Below, in pieces: positions 21,378-30,991 of a stretch of DNA of 64,000 nt. The translations under genes and the position numbers were made by a program. Every line of letters begins with the position of its first letter. Position 1 is the first letter of the stretch. The notes below the pieces were generated by a model, which made no database searches, was not told the DNA's origin, and worked only from the letters and a program-made list of their open reading frames with translations. Source of the stretch: an uncultured Actinomycetota bacterium (GTDB taxonomy: Bacteria; Actinomycetota; Actinomycetes; S36-B12; UBA10799); NCBI GenBank assembly GCA_963704075.1, contig CAVPGV010000010.1:8685-72684 (forward strand), given 5' to 3'.

Positions 21378-22304
21378 CTACGGGATGATCGTCGTGATGC
21401 GAGCGCCGGGAACCGGGCCGGTGGCGATCTTCGCGCTGCGACACAATCCCGTGCCGGACAGGGCGACCGCGAGTTCCATGGCGTGCTCGGGGTCCTTGGC
21501 CAGGAACACGCAGGTCGGACCGCTGCCACTGACCATCGCCCCCAGCGCGCCGTAGTCGATCCCGGCCTCGAGCAGCAGATCAAGCTCGGGCCGCATGGAG
21601 ATGGCCGCCGCCTGCAGATCGTTGTGCAGATGTGTTCCGACGGCTTCGTGGTCGCCGCGCCGCAGGGCGGCCAGCAGCGCCCGGGGCACGGCCGGCGCAG
21701 GTACGTCGCGGGTGGCGTTCAGTCGGTCGAACGTCGCGTAGACCTCCGGGGTGGACAGGGAAGTGAACGATGTCGCCACTACCCACACGAACGTGCCGGT
21801 GGTGAGCACCGGCGTCAGCACCTCCCCCCGGGACGCACCCAAAGCGGTACCACCGTGCAGGCCGAACGGCACGTCCGAACCGAGTTCGGCACCCAAGTCC
21901 GACAAGTCGTCCAGAGCCACGCCCAGTCCCCAGAGGGCGTTGCACGCCACCAGGGCCGCGGCCGCGTCGGTCGACCCGCCGGCCATGCCCCCGGCCACTG
22001 GGATCGTCTTGCTCAGGATCAGTCTCGCCCCCTGCTTGACCTTGTACCGCCGCTTGAGCAGACGAGCCGCCTTGAGTGCCAGGTTCGTGCCGCCTTTGGG
22101 CACACGGCCGCTGCCCGGGGCCATCTCCAGGCTCACCGACGTCCCCGGGTCGGCGACAGCAGTCACGTGATCGACCATGTCGAGAGCCTGGAACACCGTG
22201 GCCAGTTCGTGGTAGCCGTCGGGGCGCAGCGGACCCACACCCAGGAAGAGGTTGATCTTTGCCGGGGAATCGACGCCGACAGAGGAAGGGACCGCCACGC
22301 CCAC
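21378..22304 (-). CDS. ispE: 4-diphosphocytidyl-2-C-methyl-D-erythritol kinase
   Basis: PAKINLFLGVGPLRPDGYHELATVFQALD and GHMP kinase motif IPVAGGMAGGSTDAAA. Confidence 0.93.
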   Translation of the reverse strand: MGVAVPSSVGVDSPAKINLFLGVGPLRPDGYHELATVFQALDMVDHVTAVADPGTSVSLEMAPGSGRVPKGGTNLALKAARLLKRRYKVKQGARLILSKTIPVAGGMAGGSTDAAAALVACNALWGLGVALDDLSDLGAELGSDVPFGLHGGTALGASRGEVLTPVLTTGTFVWVVATSFTSLSTPEVYATFDRLNATRDVPAPAVPRALLAALRRGDHEAVGTHLHNDLQAAAISMRPELDLLLEAGIDYGALGAMVSGSGPTCVFLAKDPEHAMELAVALSGTGLCRSAKIATGPVPGARITTIIP

Positions 22305-22307
22305 AGG

Positions 22308-23153
22308 CTATTGCGCAAGCAGCACGGACTTCGCGCTGGCGAGCGCCCGGAACTCCTTCACGGACAGCGATTCACCGCGTCGTCCCGGGTCGATCCCCGC
22401 CCGTTCCAGCACCGAGCGTGTATCCAGCGGCTGCGCCCACCCCCGCAGCGCGCCGCGCAGCATCTTGCGGCGCTGGGCAAACGCCGCATCCACGGCGGCG
22501 AACGTCTCGAGCCGCAGCTCCGGCGCCGTCTGTGGCTGCCTGCTGAAGCCGACCAGGCCGGACTGCACGTTGGGGACCGGCCAGAAGACATCCGCTGCGA
22601 CCTTGCCCAGCCAGCGGGTGGTCGCCCACCAGGCTGCCTTCACGGTGGGAATCCCGTAGTCACGGGAACCGGGCTGCGCGGTCAGCCGGTGAGCCACCTC
22701 CGCCTGCACCATGATGACCCCGGACCTGACCGCGGGGAACCGCTCAAGCACGTTGAGCAGGATCGGCACGCCGGTGTTGTAGGGCAGATTGGCCACGAAA
22801 CTCGTGGGCACCAGTTTCGACGGGGCCATGGACACCGCGTCCTCACATCGCACCTTCAGTCGCTGTGCGGCCTGGTCGTCGATTTCGGCCACGGTCTGCG
22901 GCAGGCGGGCGGCGAGGCGGGGGTCGATCTCGACGGCCTCCACCGCCGCGCCCGTCTCCAGCAGCGCCAGAGTCAGCGAACCCAGGCCGGGGCCCACCTC
23001 CAGCACCAGGTCGTCCGGGCCCACGCGAGCCAAAGCCGCGATCCGACGCACCGTGTTGGGGTCGATGACGAAGTTCTGCCCCAGCCGCTTGGTCGGGCGC
23101 AGATCCAGCTCGCGGGCGAGTTCCCGGATGCGCGCCGGACCCAACGAGGCCAT
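22308..23153 (-). CDS. rsmA: 16S rRNA (adenine1518/1519-N6)-dimethyltransferase RsmA/KsgA
   Basis: KRLGQNFVIDPNTVRRI, SAM motif VLEVGPGLGSLT, and FVANLPYN. ATG at 23153 overlaps the tatD stop by 1 nt. Confidence 0.93.
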   Translation of the reverse strand: MASLGPARIRELARELDLRPTKRLGQNFVIDPNTVRRIAALARVGPDDLVLEVGPGLGSLTLALLETGAAVEAVEIDPRLAARLPQTVAEIDDQAAQRLKVRCEDAVSMAPSKLVPTSFVANLPYNTGVPILLNVLERFPAVRSGVIMVQAEVAHRLTAQPGSRDYGIPTVKAAWWATTRWLGKVAADVFWPVPNVQSGLVGFSRQPQTAPELRLETFAAVDAAFAQRRKMLRGALRGWAQPLDTRSVLERAGIDPGRRGESLSVKEFRALASAKSVLLAQ

Positions 23154-24010
23154 CAGAACGCGCCGAACGCCTCGAAGGTGTTGTCCCGCACGGTCTGACA
23201 CAACTCGTCGAGGTCGGCTCGCAGGTGATCGGCCATCACGCGCATGGTCCAGGGGATCAGGTAGGAGGCATTCGGCTGACCGCGATGCGGCATGGGCGCG
23301 AGGAACGGGGCGTCGGTCTCCACCAGCATCCGGTCGCGGGGAACCACCGCCAACGCGTCGCGCAAGGACCCGGCGTTCTTGAAGGTGACCACTCCTGCGA
23401 ACGAACAGAACCAGCCACGCCGGGTGACCGCCTGTGCGAACGCGGCGTCCCCGCTGAAGCAGTGCATGACAACGCGGCGCGGGGCACCTTCGTCGTCCAT
23501 GATCCGCAGGATGTCGGCGTGCGCGTCACGGTCGTGGATCACCAGCGTCTTGTCGAGGTGCTTGGCGAGATCGATGTGCCGGCGGAACGATTCCTCCTGT
23601 GCTGCCCGGCCGGGCGGATCTGTGCGGAAGAAGTCCATTCCGGTCTCACCGATCGCGACGACCTGGTCGTCCGTGGCCAGTTCGGCGATCTCCTGCCATG
23701 CGACCTCCAGGTTCGGCCGACCCTCTTCGGCATCGATCCGTGGGGCCTCGTTGGGATGCAGGGCGACCGCAGCCACCACCTGCGCCCAGTCGTGCGCGAT
23801 CCGTACGGCCTCCCGGGAGCTCGCGACGTCAACCCCGACCTGGATTACGGCATCCACACCCACGGCCTCGGAGGCTGCGAGTGCTATGTCCACCGGCAGG
23901 CCCTGTTCGCCGTCGCGTCCGGCAGCACCGATGTCCAGGTGGCAATGGCTGTCGACCACCGGGCTGGGTAGCGGGTCCGGCAGTGGCGGGTAGCCGACCG
24001 GCAGCGTCAC
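23153..24010 (-). CDS. tatD: TatD-family metal-dependent hydrolase/DNase
   Basis: VVDSHCHLD, AIGETGMDF, LVIHDRDAH, VMHCFSG, LVETDAPFL. GTG at 24010 overlaps the metG TGA (GTGA). Confidence 0.9.
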   Translation of the reverse strand: MTLPVGYPPLPDPLPSPVVDSHCHLDIGAAGRDGEQGLPVDIALAASEAVGVDAVIQVGVDVASSREAVRIAHDWAQVVAAVALHPNEAPRIDAEEGRPNLEVAWQEIAELATDDQVVAIGETGMDFFRTDPPGRAAQEESFRRHIDLAKHLDKTLVIHDRDAHADILRIMDDEGAPRRVVMHCFSGDAAFAQAVTRRGWFCSFAGVVTFKNAGSLRDALAVVPRDRMLVETDAPFLAPMPHRGQPNASYLIPWTMRVMADHLRADLDELCQTVRDNTFEAFGAF

Positions 24011-25545
24011 TTCGTGTCCAGTCGTGGGAACAGCGACTCCCCCTTGGTCACTGCGCTGCCAGGCGCCAGTTGCCCCCAGCGACTTACTGTGACCACCGAC
24101 TGCTGCGCCAGGTCGCCGGCGGCGCCGAGGCTGTCCCACATGAGCCGGGTCGCGGCGGGCATCACCGGGTGGTAGAGCACGGCGATGGCTCGCAGGGATT
24201 CGCAGATCGTGTAGAGCACGGTGTCCAGGCGCTGCGCGGTCGCCTCATCCTTGGCCAACACCCACGGCTGCTGCTCAGTCACGTAGACGTTGACCGCATC
24301 GACGAACTCCTTGATCGCCGCAATGCCGCCGCTGAAGTCCAGCCTGCCCATGGCCGCATCGGCCTGTTCCGCACACGCGACCAGCAACTCCTGCAGGGCG
24401 AGGTCCGCGTTCGCGTAGTCGCCCGGCGCGGGAAGCGAACCGTCGCGGTAGCGCACGACCATGGCGGTGGCCCGGGATGCGAGGTTGCCCAGGCCGTTGG
24501 CCAGTTCGGCCTGGTAGCGGGCGGCCATGTCCTCCCAGGAGAACGAGCCGTCCTGGCCGAACTGGATCGCCCGCAGGAAGTAGTAGCGGAATGCATCGGC
24601 ACCGAAGTCGTCGGTGATGCTCTCCGGGGAGATGCCGGTGAGCTTGCTCTTGCTCATCTTCTCCCCGCCGACCAGCAGCCAGCCGTGCGCGAACACCTTG
24701 TCCGGCAGCGGCAGTCCGGCGGCCATCAGCATGGCCGGCCAGTACACCGCGTGGAAGCGCAGGATGTCCTTGCCCACAAGGTGCACGTTGGCCGGCCAGA
24801 TCGATGCGAACTTCTCCTCGTCGTCGCCGTAGCCGATGGCGGTGATGTAGTTCAGCAGCGCGTCGAACCAGACGTAGACGACCTGCGTGTCGTCCCACGG
24901 CAGGGGGATGCCCCAACCCACGCTGGAGCGCGACATCGAAATGTCCTCGAGCCCGCTCTTGATGAAGGAGACGACCTCGTTGTAGGCACTCTTCGGTTCC
25001 ACCGCGTTGGGGTGGCGCTCGTAGTGTTCGAGCAACGCGTCCTGGAACTGCGCCAGACGGAAGAAGTAGTTCGACTCGTGCAGCATCTCGACGGGTCGGT
25101 CATGGATGGGGCACTTGCCGTCGACCAGGTCACCGGGCCGCTTGAACTCCTCGCACCCCACGCAGTAGGGGCCCTCGAAGTCGGCCTCGTAGACGTGCCC
25201 GTTGTCCCGGACGGTCTCCCAGAACTTCTGCACGCCCTTGCGGTGGCGTGTGCTCGTGGTGCGGATGAAATCGTCGTTGGCCGCCTCGATCGTCTCGAGC
25301 ACGGGCTTCCAGGAGTTCTCGACCAGCCGGTCGCACCAGTCCTGCGGCTCCATGTTGTTCTCGCGCGCGGTGCGCTCGACCTTGGTGCCGTGTTCGTCGG
25401 TACCGGTCAGGTAGAACACCGGCGCCTGGCGTTGCCGGTGCCACCGGGTCAGCACGTCCCCGGCCACTGTGGTGTAGGCGTGGCCGATGTGGGGGGCGTC
25501 GTTGACGTAGTAGATGGGCGTCGTGACGTAGAACGCCTTGGTCAT
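24007..25545 (-). CDS. metG: Methionine--tRNA ligase
   Basis: FYVTTPIYYVNDAPHIGHAY (HIGH motif) and KMSKSKLTGISP (KMSKS motif); 512 aa. Confidence 0.97.
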   Translation of the reverse strand: MTKAFYVTTPIYYVNDAPHIGHAYTTVAGDVLTRWHRQRQAPVFYLTGTDEHGTKVERTARENNMEPQDWCDRLVENSWKPVLETIEAANDDFIRTTSTRHRKGVQKFWETVRDNGHVYEADFEGPYCVGCEEFKRPGDLVDGKCPIHDRPVEMLHESNYFFRLAQFQDALLEHYERHPNAVEPKSAYNEVVSFIKSGLEDISMSRSSVGWGIPLPWDDTQVVYVWFDALLNYITAIGYGDDEEKFASIWPANVHLVGKDILRFHAVYWPAMLMAAGLPLPDKVFAHGWLLVGGEKMSKSKLTGISPESITDDFGADAFRYYFLRAIQFGQDGSFSWEDMAARYQAELANGLGNLASRATAMVVRYRDGSLPAPGDYANADLALQELLVACAEQADAAMGRLDFSGGIAAIKEFVDAVNVYVTEQQPWVLAKDEATAQRLDTVLYTICESLRAIAVLYHPVMPAATRLMWDSLGAAGDLAQQSVVTVSRWGQLAPGSAVTKGESLFPRLDTK

Positions 25546-25640
25546 GTGGGATCTCCCGGGAATGGTCGATCTTCAGTCTAGAAGCAACCGGCGCCTCGGC
25601 TGACCCAGGACAGCATTTGACGCCACCGCGCGTGCGCCGC

Positions 25641-26471
25641 CTACCGCTTGACGACCAAGGCATAGAGCTCCCGGCGCGACACCCCGGCGTCCGCGGCAAC
25701 CTGCGCCACCGCCTCGCTGCGTCGCATGCCAGAATCCACCCGCGCCTCAACCTCGGCGACGAGGTCGGCCGGGTCCACCTCCCGGGCGGTCGCGCCTTCC
25801 ACCACCAGCGTGACCTCACCCAGGATGTCCGCCACCTGCGGCGCCAACTCACCGACAGTTCCGCGCAGAACCTCCTCGTAGGTCTTCGTGAGTTCCCGGC
25901 AGACCGCGATGCGACGGTCAGAACCGAGAATCTCGGCCATGTCGGTCAGGCAGTCCACCAGTCGCCGCGGGCTCTCGAACAGGACCATGGTCCGCGGTTC
26001 GGCGGCCAGCGCGCGCAGCCGTTGTCGTCGCTGGCCGGCTTTGCGGGGCAGGAACCCCTCGAAACAGAACCGTTCGGCGGGCAGCCCGCTGAGTACCAGC
26101 GCCGTGGTCAGGGCGCTGGGACCGGGCAGGCAGGTCACGGGCAGGCCGGCATCGATGCAGCGCCGCACCGCGGCCAGCCCGGGGTCGCTGACAAGGGGCA
26201 TGCCCGCATCGCTGACCACCAGGACCGTCAGACCTTGCGCCACATACTGCGCCAGAGCCTCCGAGCGCTGCGCCTCCACCGCGTCGTAGTGGGAGACCAA
26301 CCGCCCGCCGATCCGCACCCCGAGGTCCGCGGCAAGCCTGCGGGTGCGGCGGGTGTCCTCGGCCGCCACGACGTCCGCGCTGGCCAATGCGTCCCGCAAA
26401 CGGGCCGATGCGTCTGCGGGATTCCCGAGAGGCGTGGCGGCGATGATCAGGACGCCGTTGGGACCGGACAC
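25641..26471 (-). CDS. rsmI: 16S rRNA (cytidine1402-2'-O)-methyltransferase RsmI
   Basis: LIIAATPLGNPADAS...VVAAEDTRRTRRL...VVSDAGMPLVSDPG (tetrapyrrole-methylase fold). Confidence 0.9.
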   Translation of the reverse strand: MSGPNGVLIIAATPLGNPADASARLRDALASADVVAAEDTRRTRRLAADLGVRIGGRLVSHYDAVEAQRSEALAQYVAQGLTVLVVSDAGMPLVSDPGLAAVRRCIDAGLPVTCLPGPSALTTALVLSGLPAERFCFEGFLPRKAGQRRQRLRALAAEPRTMVLFESPRRLVDCLTDMAEILGSDRRIAVCRELTKTYEEVLRGTVGELAPQVADILGEVTLVVEGATAREVDPADLVAEVEARVDSGMRRSEAVAQVAADAGVSRRELYALVVKR

Positions 26472-26483
26472 CGGATCCTCCTT

Positions 26484-28013
26484 ATGCTGGCCCGCGTGAG
26501 CCTAACAACCGACGCTGGTCCCGCGCAGTCCGCATCCGCGCACCCGCGTCAGGCTCCCGGACCAGCCGGCGGCTGGCGGGGGTGGATCGGCCCGCTGTCG
26601 ATGGGGCTGGTCGCCGCAGCACTACGACTGCCCGGGCTGGACCGGCCCCACGCACTGGTCTTCGACGAGACCTACTACGCGAAGGATGGGCTCGCGCTTC
26701 TGCTGTTCGGCCACGAGCGCAACGCCGAGGACAACGCCAACGACCTGCTGCTGGCCATGGACGGGAACAACCTGGAGGCGGCCGGAAGCATCTTCAAGGA
26801 CAGCCCCTCGTACGTGGTACATCCACCGTTCGGCAAGTGGGTGATCGCTGCCGGGCAATGGGCATTCGGCGCCAATCCGTTCGGATGGCGGATCGCCGTG
26901 GCCGTACTGGGGATCCTGTCCGTCATCCTGCTGGCCCGGATCGTGCGTCGCATGACGGGCTCCAACCTGCTCGGGACGATCGCAGGGCTTCTGCTGGCCA
27001 TCGACGGCATGGGCATCGTGATGAGCCGTACCGCACTGCTGGACGGGACCCTGGCATTCATGGTGCTGGTGGCCTTCGGAGCCCTTCTCCTGGACCGGGA
27101 ACGGACCCGGCGGCTTTGGCCCAAGCGCAGCCTGCGGCCATGGCGGGTTGCGGCGGCGGTGGCCCTCGGTCTCGCGTGTGGCGTGAAGTGGAGCGGCCTA
27201 TGGTTCGTGGTGGCCTTCGGGCTGCTCACGGTGTTCTGGGACCTGGGCCTGCGCAGGCAACACGGCGAGTCGAATGCCTTGCTCAAAACGTTGTTACGCG
27301 ACGCTCTACCGGCGGCACTGGTGATGCTGCCGATCGTCTTCGTCACCTACGTCGCGACCTGGTACGGCTGGTTCACCAGTTCGGGCTACCTGCGCACCTG
27401 GGCGTTCGACAACGGCGGCTACACAGGGATTCAGGGCGCCCTGCGATCACTGGCCCACTACCACTCCGAGGCCTACAACTTCCATACCGGACTGACCACG
27501 GAACACTCGTATCAATCCAGCGCCTGGGGCTGGCCTGTGCTGGCCCGGCCCACCAGCTTCTTCTACGAGTCCGATGGGCTGCAATGCGGCGCCGACCGGT
27601 GCTCCCAGGAGGTCATCGCCCTGGGCAACCCGATCATCTGGTGGGCAGCTGCCTTGGCGTTGTTCCACCAGGTATGGCGTTGGGTGGCCGTGCGCGACTG
27701 GCGTGCCGGCGCAGTGCTGTGCGGCTTCGTGGCGGGGTGGGCCCCCTGGCTGTTGTTCCAGGAGCGGACCGTATTCAGTTTCTACTCGATCGTGTTCCTG
27801 CCCTTCATGATCATGGGGTTGGTGCTCTCCCTGGGGTCGCTGCTCGGCTCGCCGACCGACACCACGGAGCGCCGCGGGAACGGCGCAATCGTGGTCATCG
27901 CCTTCCTCATCGCCGCGGTGGTCGCGTCGTGGTGGTTCTACCCCATCTGGACCGCCCAGATCATCCCGTACGAGCAGTGGCAGATGCGGATGTGGTTGCC
28001 GACCTGGGTGTGA
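26484..28013 (+). CDS. Dolichyl/polyprenyl-phosphate-mannose--protein mannosyltransferase (PMT family, GT39)
   Basis: LVFDETYYAKDG... and many TM helices; C-terminal YEQWQMRMWLPTWV. The position is syntenic with Rv1002c. The upstream part of the 798-aa ORF is antisense to rsmI. The start could also be ATG 26601. Confidence 0.85.
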   Translation: MLARVSLTTDAGPAQSASAHPRQAPGPAGGWRGWIGPLSMGLVAAALRLPGLDRPHALVFDETYYAKDGLALLLFGHERNAEDNANDLLLAMDGNNLEAAGSIFKDSPSYVVHPPFGKWVIAAGQWAFGANPFGWRIAVAVLGILSVILLARIVRRMTGSNLLGTIAGLLLAIDGMGIVMSRTALLDGTLAFMVLVAFGALLLDRERTRRLWPKRSLRPWRVAAAVALGLACGVKWSGLWFVVAFGLLTVFWDLGLRRQHGESNALLKTLLRDALPAALVMLPIVFVTYVATWYGWFTSSGYLRTWAFDNGGYTGIQGALRSLAHYHSEAYNFHTGLTTEHSYQSSAWGWPVLARPTSFFYESDGLQCGADRCSQEVIALGNPIIWWAAALALFHQVWRWVAVRDWRAGAVLCGFVAGWAPWLLFQERTVFSFYSIVFLPFMIMGLVLSLGSLLGSPTDTTERRGNGAIVVIAFLIAAVVASWWFYPIWTAQIIPYEQWQMRMWLPTWV

Positions 28014-28033
28014 GGGCTCCGGCCGGCGGCGCC

Positions 28034-28102
28034 GTTGCGAAATGACCCGTTGGTTGCGAAATGACCCCTAGATTGCGGGCTATCTGGCAACCAAGGGGCT
28101 AT
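28034..28102. repeat. Tandem GTTGCGAAATGACCC (x2, period 19) followed by a truncated copy of the 412-691 repeat family
   Basis: 28053-28102 (GTTGCGAAATGACCCCTAGATTGCGGGCTATCTGGCAACCAAGGGGCTAT) aligns base for base with 566-615 (GTTGCCGAATGACCCGTAATCTGCGGGCCATCTGACAACCAGTGGGCCAT). Confidence 0.75.
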
Positions 28103-28245
28103 TCGGGCACTTGGCCCCGTTGCGCGGGTGGCCCGGCCGCGAAATCGGGATTCGCCCGGACGCAGGCGCGGACCGAGATGACCCCGACGGCGCGCACAAC
28201 AAACAGATCCCCCGGACCGATACGGCCCGAGGGATCTGGCGACGG

Positions 28246-28321
<76 letters not shown>

Positions 28322-28352
28322 GCGTGGGATCAGGGTAGCAATGCCGGGACAC

Positions 28353-29144
28353 CTACTCGTTGACCGCCCGGGCCGTCTCGTACCCCGACGGATAGGCATA
28401 CTCGTCGAGGCCGAGTTCGTCCTCCGCGTCCTGTCCGGAGCGCAGTGCCGCCGCCTGCTCGAGCATCCGCTCGGCAGTCCAGGGACCGTTCTCGTCGGAG
28501 TCGATCTCGCGGGGGACGGCCGTGGCCCGCGGCGCCCGCAGGTAGGAGGGAACCGGCGCCTCGACCGGATCCCACGTGTCACGCCGTTGCGCCGAAGGAA
28601 CACCGGTGGCTGCACGGGCGTCGCGACGGCGCCGCGCTTCTTGGGCACGCGCGCGAGCCCGGGACTGCGAGGCCAGCAGGTACACGTACCCGGCGAGCGC
28701 GGCGAGGGCCAACACGGCAACGGGCATCGGTACGAACCCGGCCACCAGGCCCAGCAGCGACACCAGGCTCACCACGGCCAACCCGGTGAGGATCCGCTTG
28801 CGACGAAGTGCGGCCGCGACACCGGCAGCTTCGCGGGACTCATGGTGCCGGGCACGCCGGCGGTGACCGTCCTCCGGGGAACCGACGAAGGGATCGATGC
28901 CGAGGTCAAGGTGTTGGTCGATCGCGGTGTCGGCCGGAGCGGTGTCCACCCGACCCGCCTGTGCACCGGGCATCGCGGCGACGTCGTGGGAGCGGTGGCG
29001 GCGCGCGGATACGGATCGCAATGACCGGCGGAAGCGCTGCGTGGTGCGGGCGTCGCGGTACCGATCCGACGTCCCGAGCCAGCGGGGAAGGAGAACTACC
29101 GCCCACATGGCGATGACTGCAGCGTAGAGAAGGCCTGTGAGCAC
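28353..29144 (-). CDS. Membrane protein of the divisome SepX/GlpR family (Rv0996-like)
   Basis: N-terminal TM LLYAAVIAMWAVVLLPRWL, central TM pair ILTGLAVVSLVSLLGLVAGFVPMPVAVLALAALAGYVYLL, and an Arg-rich linker. The conserved context is galU-moeA(glp)-GNAT-this gene. Family assignment rests on recalled synteny. Confidence 0.55.
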   Translation of the reverse strand: MLTGLLYAAVIAMWAVVLLPRWLGTSDRYRDARTTQRFRRSLRSVSARRHRSHDVAAMPGAQAGRVDTAPADTAIDQHLDLGIDPFVGSPEDGHRRRARHHESREAAGVAAALRRKRILTGLAVVSLVSLLGLVAGFVPMPVAVLALAALAGYVYLLASQSRARARAQEARRRRDARAATGVPSAQRRDTWDPVEAPVPSYLRAPRATAVPREIDSDENGPWTAERMLEQAAALRSGQDAEDELGLDEYAYPSGYETARAVNE

Positions 29145-29167
29145 GGCCTCAGCCTATGGTCCCGGAC

Positions 29168-29812
29168 CTAGCCAGACCCGGGATTTGCCCGGCGTGTTCC
29201 GTCCGAGCGCGCCCCCGGGATCCCGAACCGCTGCTCGTACCGGTCGGCCAGCGGCGCATCGAGTTCCTCGGCGGTCAAGGCGTAGCTGACGTGGTCGCGC
29301 CACTCGCCGTCGATGTGCAGGTACCGCTCGCGCACTCCCTCGTAGCGGAAGCCCAACTTCTCGACCACCCGGATGCTCGGCCGGTTCTCGGGCCGGATGT
29401 TGATCTCGATCCGGTGCAGTCCACCCATGAAGCAGTGATCGCTTGCCATCGCGACTGCCAGCGGCATCACCCCCGAACCGGCCACGTCACGGTCGAGCCA
29501 GTAGCCGATGTGCGCGCCGCGCAGTGAGCCGAGATGAAGCCCTCCGACGGTGACCTGACCACGGAACTTGCCGTCCACGTCGAGCGCGAACGGCAAGGTG
29601 GTCCCGGCCCGGGCGGCGGATCTCAGCGACCGCACCATCCCGCGGAAGGTCGTGGCCGCGTCGGTGGCCCCCGGCGGAAGCGTCGCGTCCCAAGGGCGCA
29701 GCCAGTCCATGTTGCGCGAGCGCACGGATTGCCACGCGTGCCGATCCCGGTACGACAGCGGACGCAGGCGAACGCCATGCCTGGCAAGGGTGGCCGGCCA
29801 TAGGGCGTTCAC
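29168..29812 (-). CDS. GNAT N-acetyltransferase (RimJ/RimL-like)
   Basis: LRPLSYRDRHAWQSVR...IGYWLDRDVAGSGVMPLAVA...HRIEINIRPENRPSIRVVEKLGFRYEG. Confidence 0.8.
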   Translation of the reverse strand: MNALWPATLARHGVRLRPLSYRDRHAWQSVRSRNMDWLRPWDATLPPGATDAATTFRGMVRSLRSAARAGTTLPFALDVDGKFRGQVTVGGLHLGSLRGAHIGYWLDRDVAGSGVMPLAVAMASDHCFMGGLHRIEINIRPENRPSIRVVEKLGFRYEGVRERYLHIDGEWRDHVSYALTAEELDAPLADRYEQRFGIPGARSDGTRRANPGSG

Positions 29813-30991
29813 AGGGCACTCACCACGGCTGCCGTCACCACGTCGCCGCGCTCGTGGGCGGCCGGTCCCGGCGGAATCACCGCCAGGGCGTCGGCACGTG
29901 TCATGGCGCGGATTCCCGTGCCGATCGGGGTGGCACGCTCCCCGTCCAGTTCAACGGCCACGATCCTGGTGCTCTGCGGATCGGCGGCGACCGATTCGGT
30001 CAGTGTCACCTGCCGCCGGGCACCGAAGACATCGCCGTGCCCCATGAGCCTGCGGATCACGGGACGCACGAACAACTCGAACCCGACGAAGGCGGCCGTC
30101 GGCTCCCCGGGCAGTGCGATCAAAGGCACATTCGACGTCCCCAGCGACCCGGTGCCCTGAACCCGGCCGGGCTCCAGCGCGACCCGGGCGAAGTCGACGG
30201 TTCCCATCGTCGCCAGCACGGGCCGGAGCACATCGTCGGCCCCGTCTCCGATTCCGCCGGTGGTCACGACCATGTCGGCCCGGCCGAGCTGGTCGTCCAG
30301 GATCTTGCGCAGCAGGGCAGGATCGTCGGCGACGGGGCCCACCCGGTAGGACATCGCCCCGACTTCCACGACCGCGCACGCCAAGGCGACTCCGTTGACG
30401 TCCGGTTTGAACCCGCCCGTGGGGGCACCGCGCAGGCGGCCGGTGTCGACGAGTTCGCTACCGGTGGTGATCACTGCGATCCGGGGCCGCGGATACGCCG
30501 GGACCTTGCCGACCCCGATGGCCGCCAGCAGGGCGATCTCCCGGGAACCGAGCACCTGACCCGAGCGACAGCAGAGTGGCGCCTCGTTTGACCTGGCTGC
30601 CCGCACGCGCGATGTTCTGGCCCGAGGCCACTGACCTGCCCACACGCACGACCGGCGCACCCTGATCGGTGTTCGCCACCGGCAGGACACAATCGGCCCC
30701 GTAGGGCAGCGGGTCACCGACCCCGACGCGGATCAGCGAACCTGGCACCAGGGCGGAACCGGCCGGGAACTCCCGCAGGGATAGCACTGAGGTGGGCGAG
30801 GCAATGGCGATGTCGCCGGACCGGGCTGCGTAGCCGGCCAGGGAGGCGCTGTGGAATGCCGGGATGTCCGAGGGCGCGGTGACGTCCACGGCCACCACGC
30901 AGCCGTTGGCATCCAGCAGGGGTAGGGCCAGCGGCTCCAACGGCCGGACCCGGCTCAGCACCACCTGCAGGTGCTCGGCAAGGCTGCGCAT
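29809..30991 (-). pseudogene. moeA: MoeA-family molybdopterin molybdenumtransferase / gephyrin-like Glp, one frame break near 30565
   Basis: The N-terminal frame reads MRSLAEHLQVVLSRV...GYAAR...GADCVLPVANTD...GQNIARAGSQVKRGATLLS. It continues in a second frame as SGQVLGSREIALLAAIGVGKVPAYPRPRIAVITTGSEL...MVVTTGGIG...LPGEPTAAFV. Confidence 0.85.

Noticed and set aside
25617-26483. N-terminal 289 codons of the 798-aa ORF fused to the PMT mannosyltransferase.
   Set aside because: This portion is antisense to rsmI and translates to Arg/Gly/His-rich sequence. The membrane protein begins at ATG 26484 or later.
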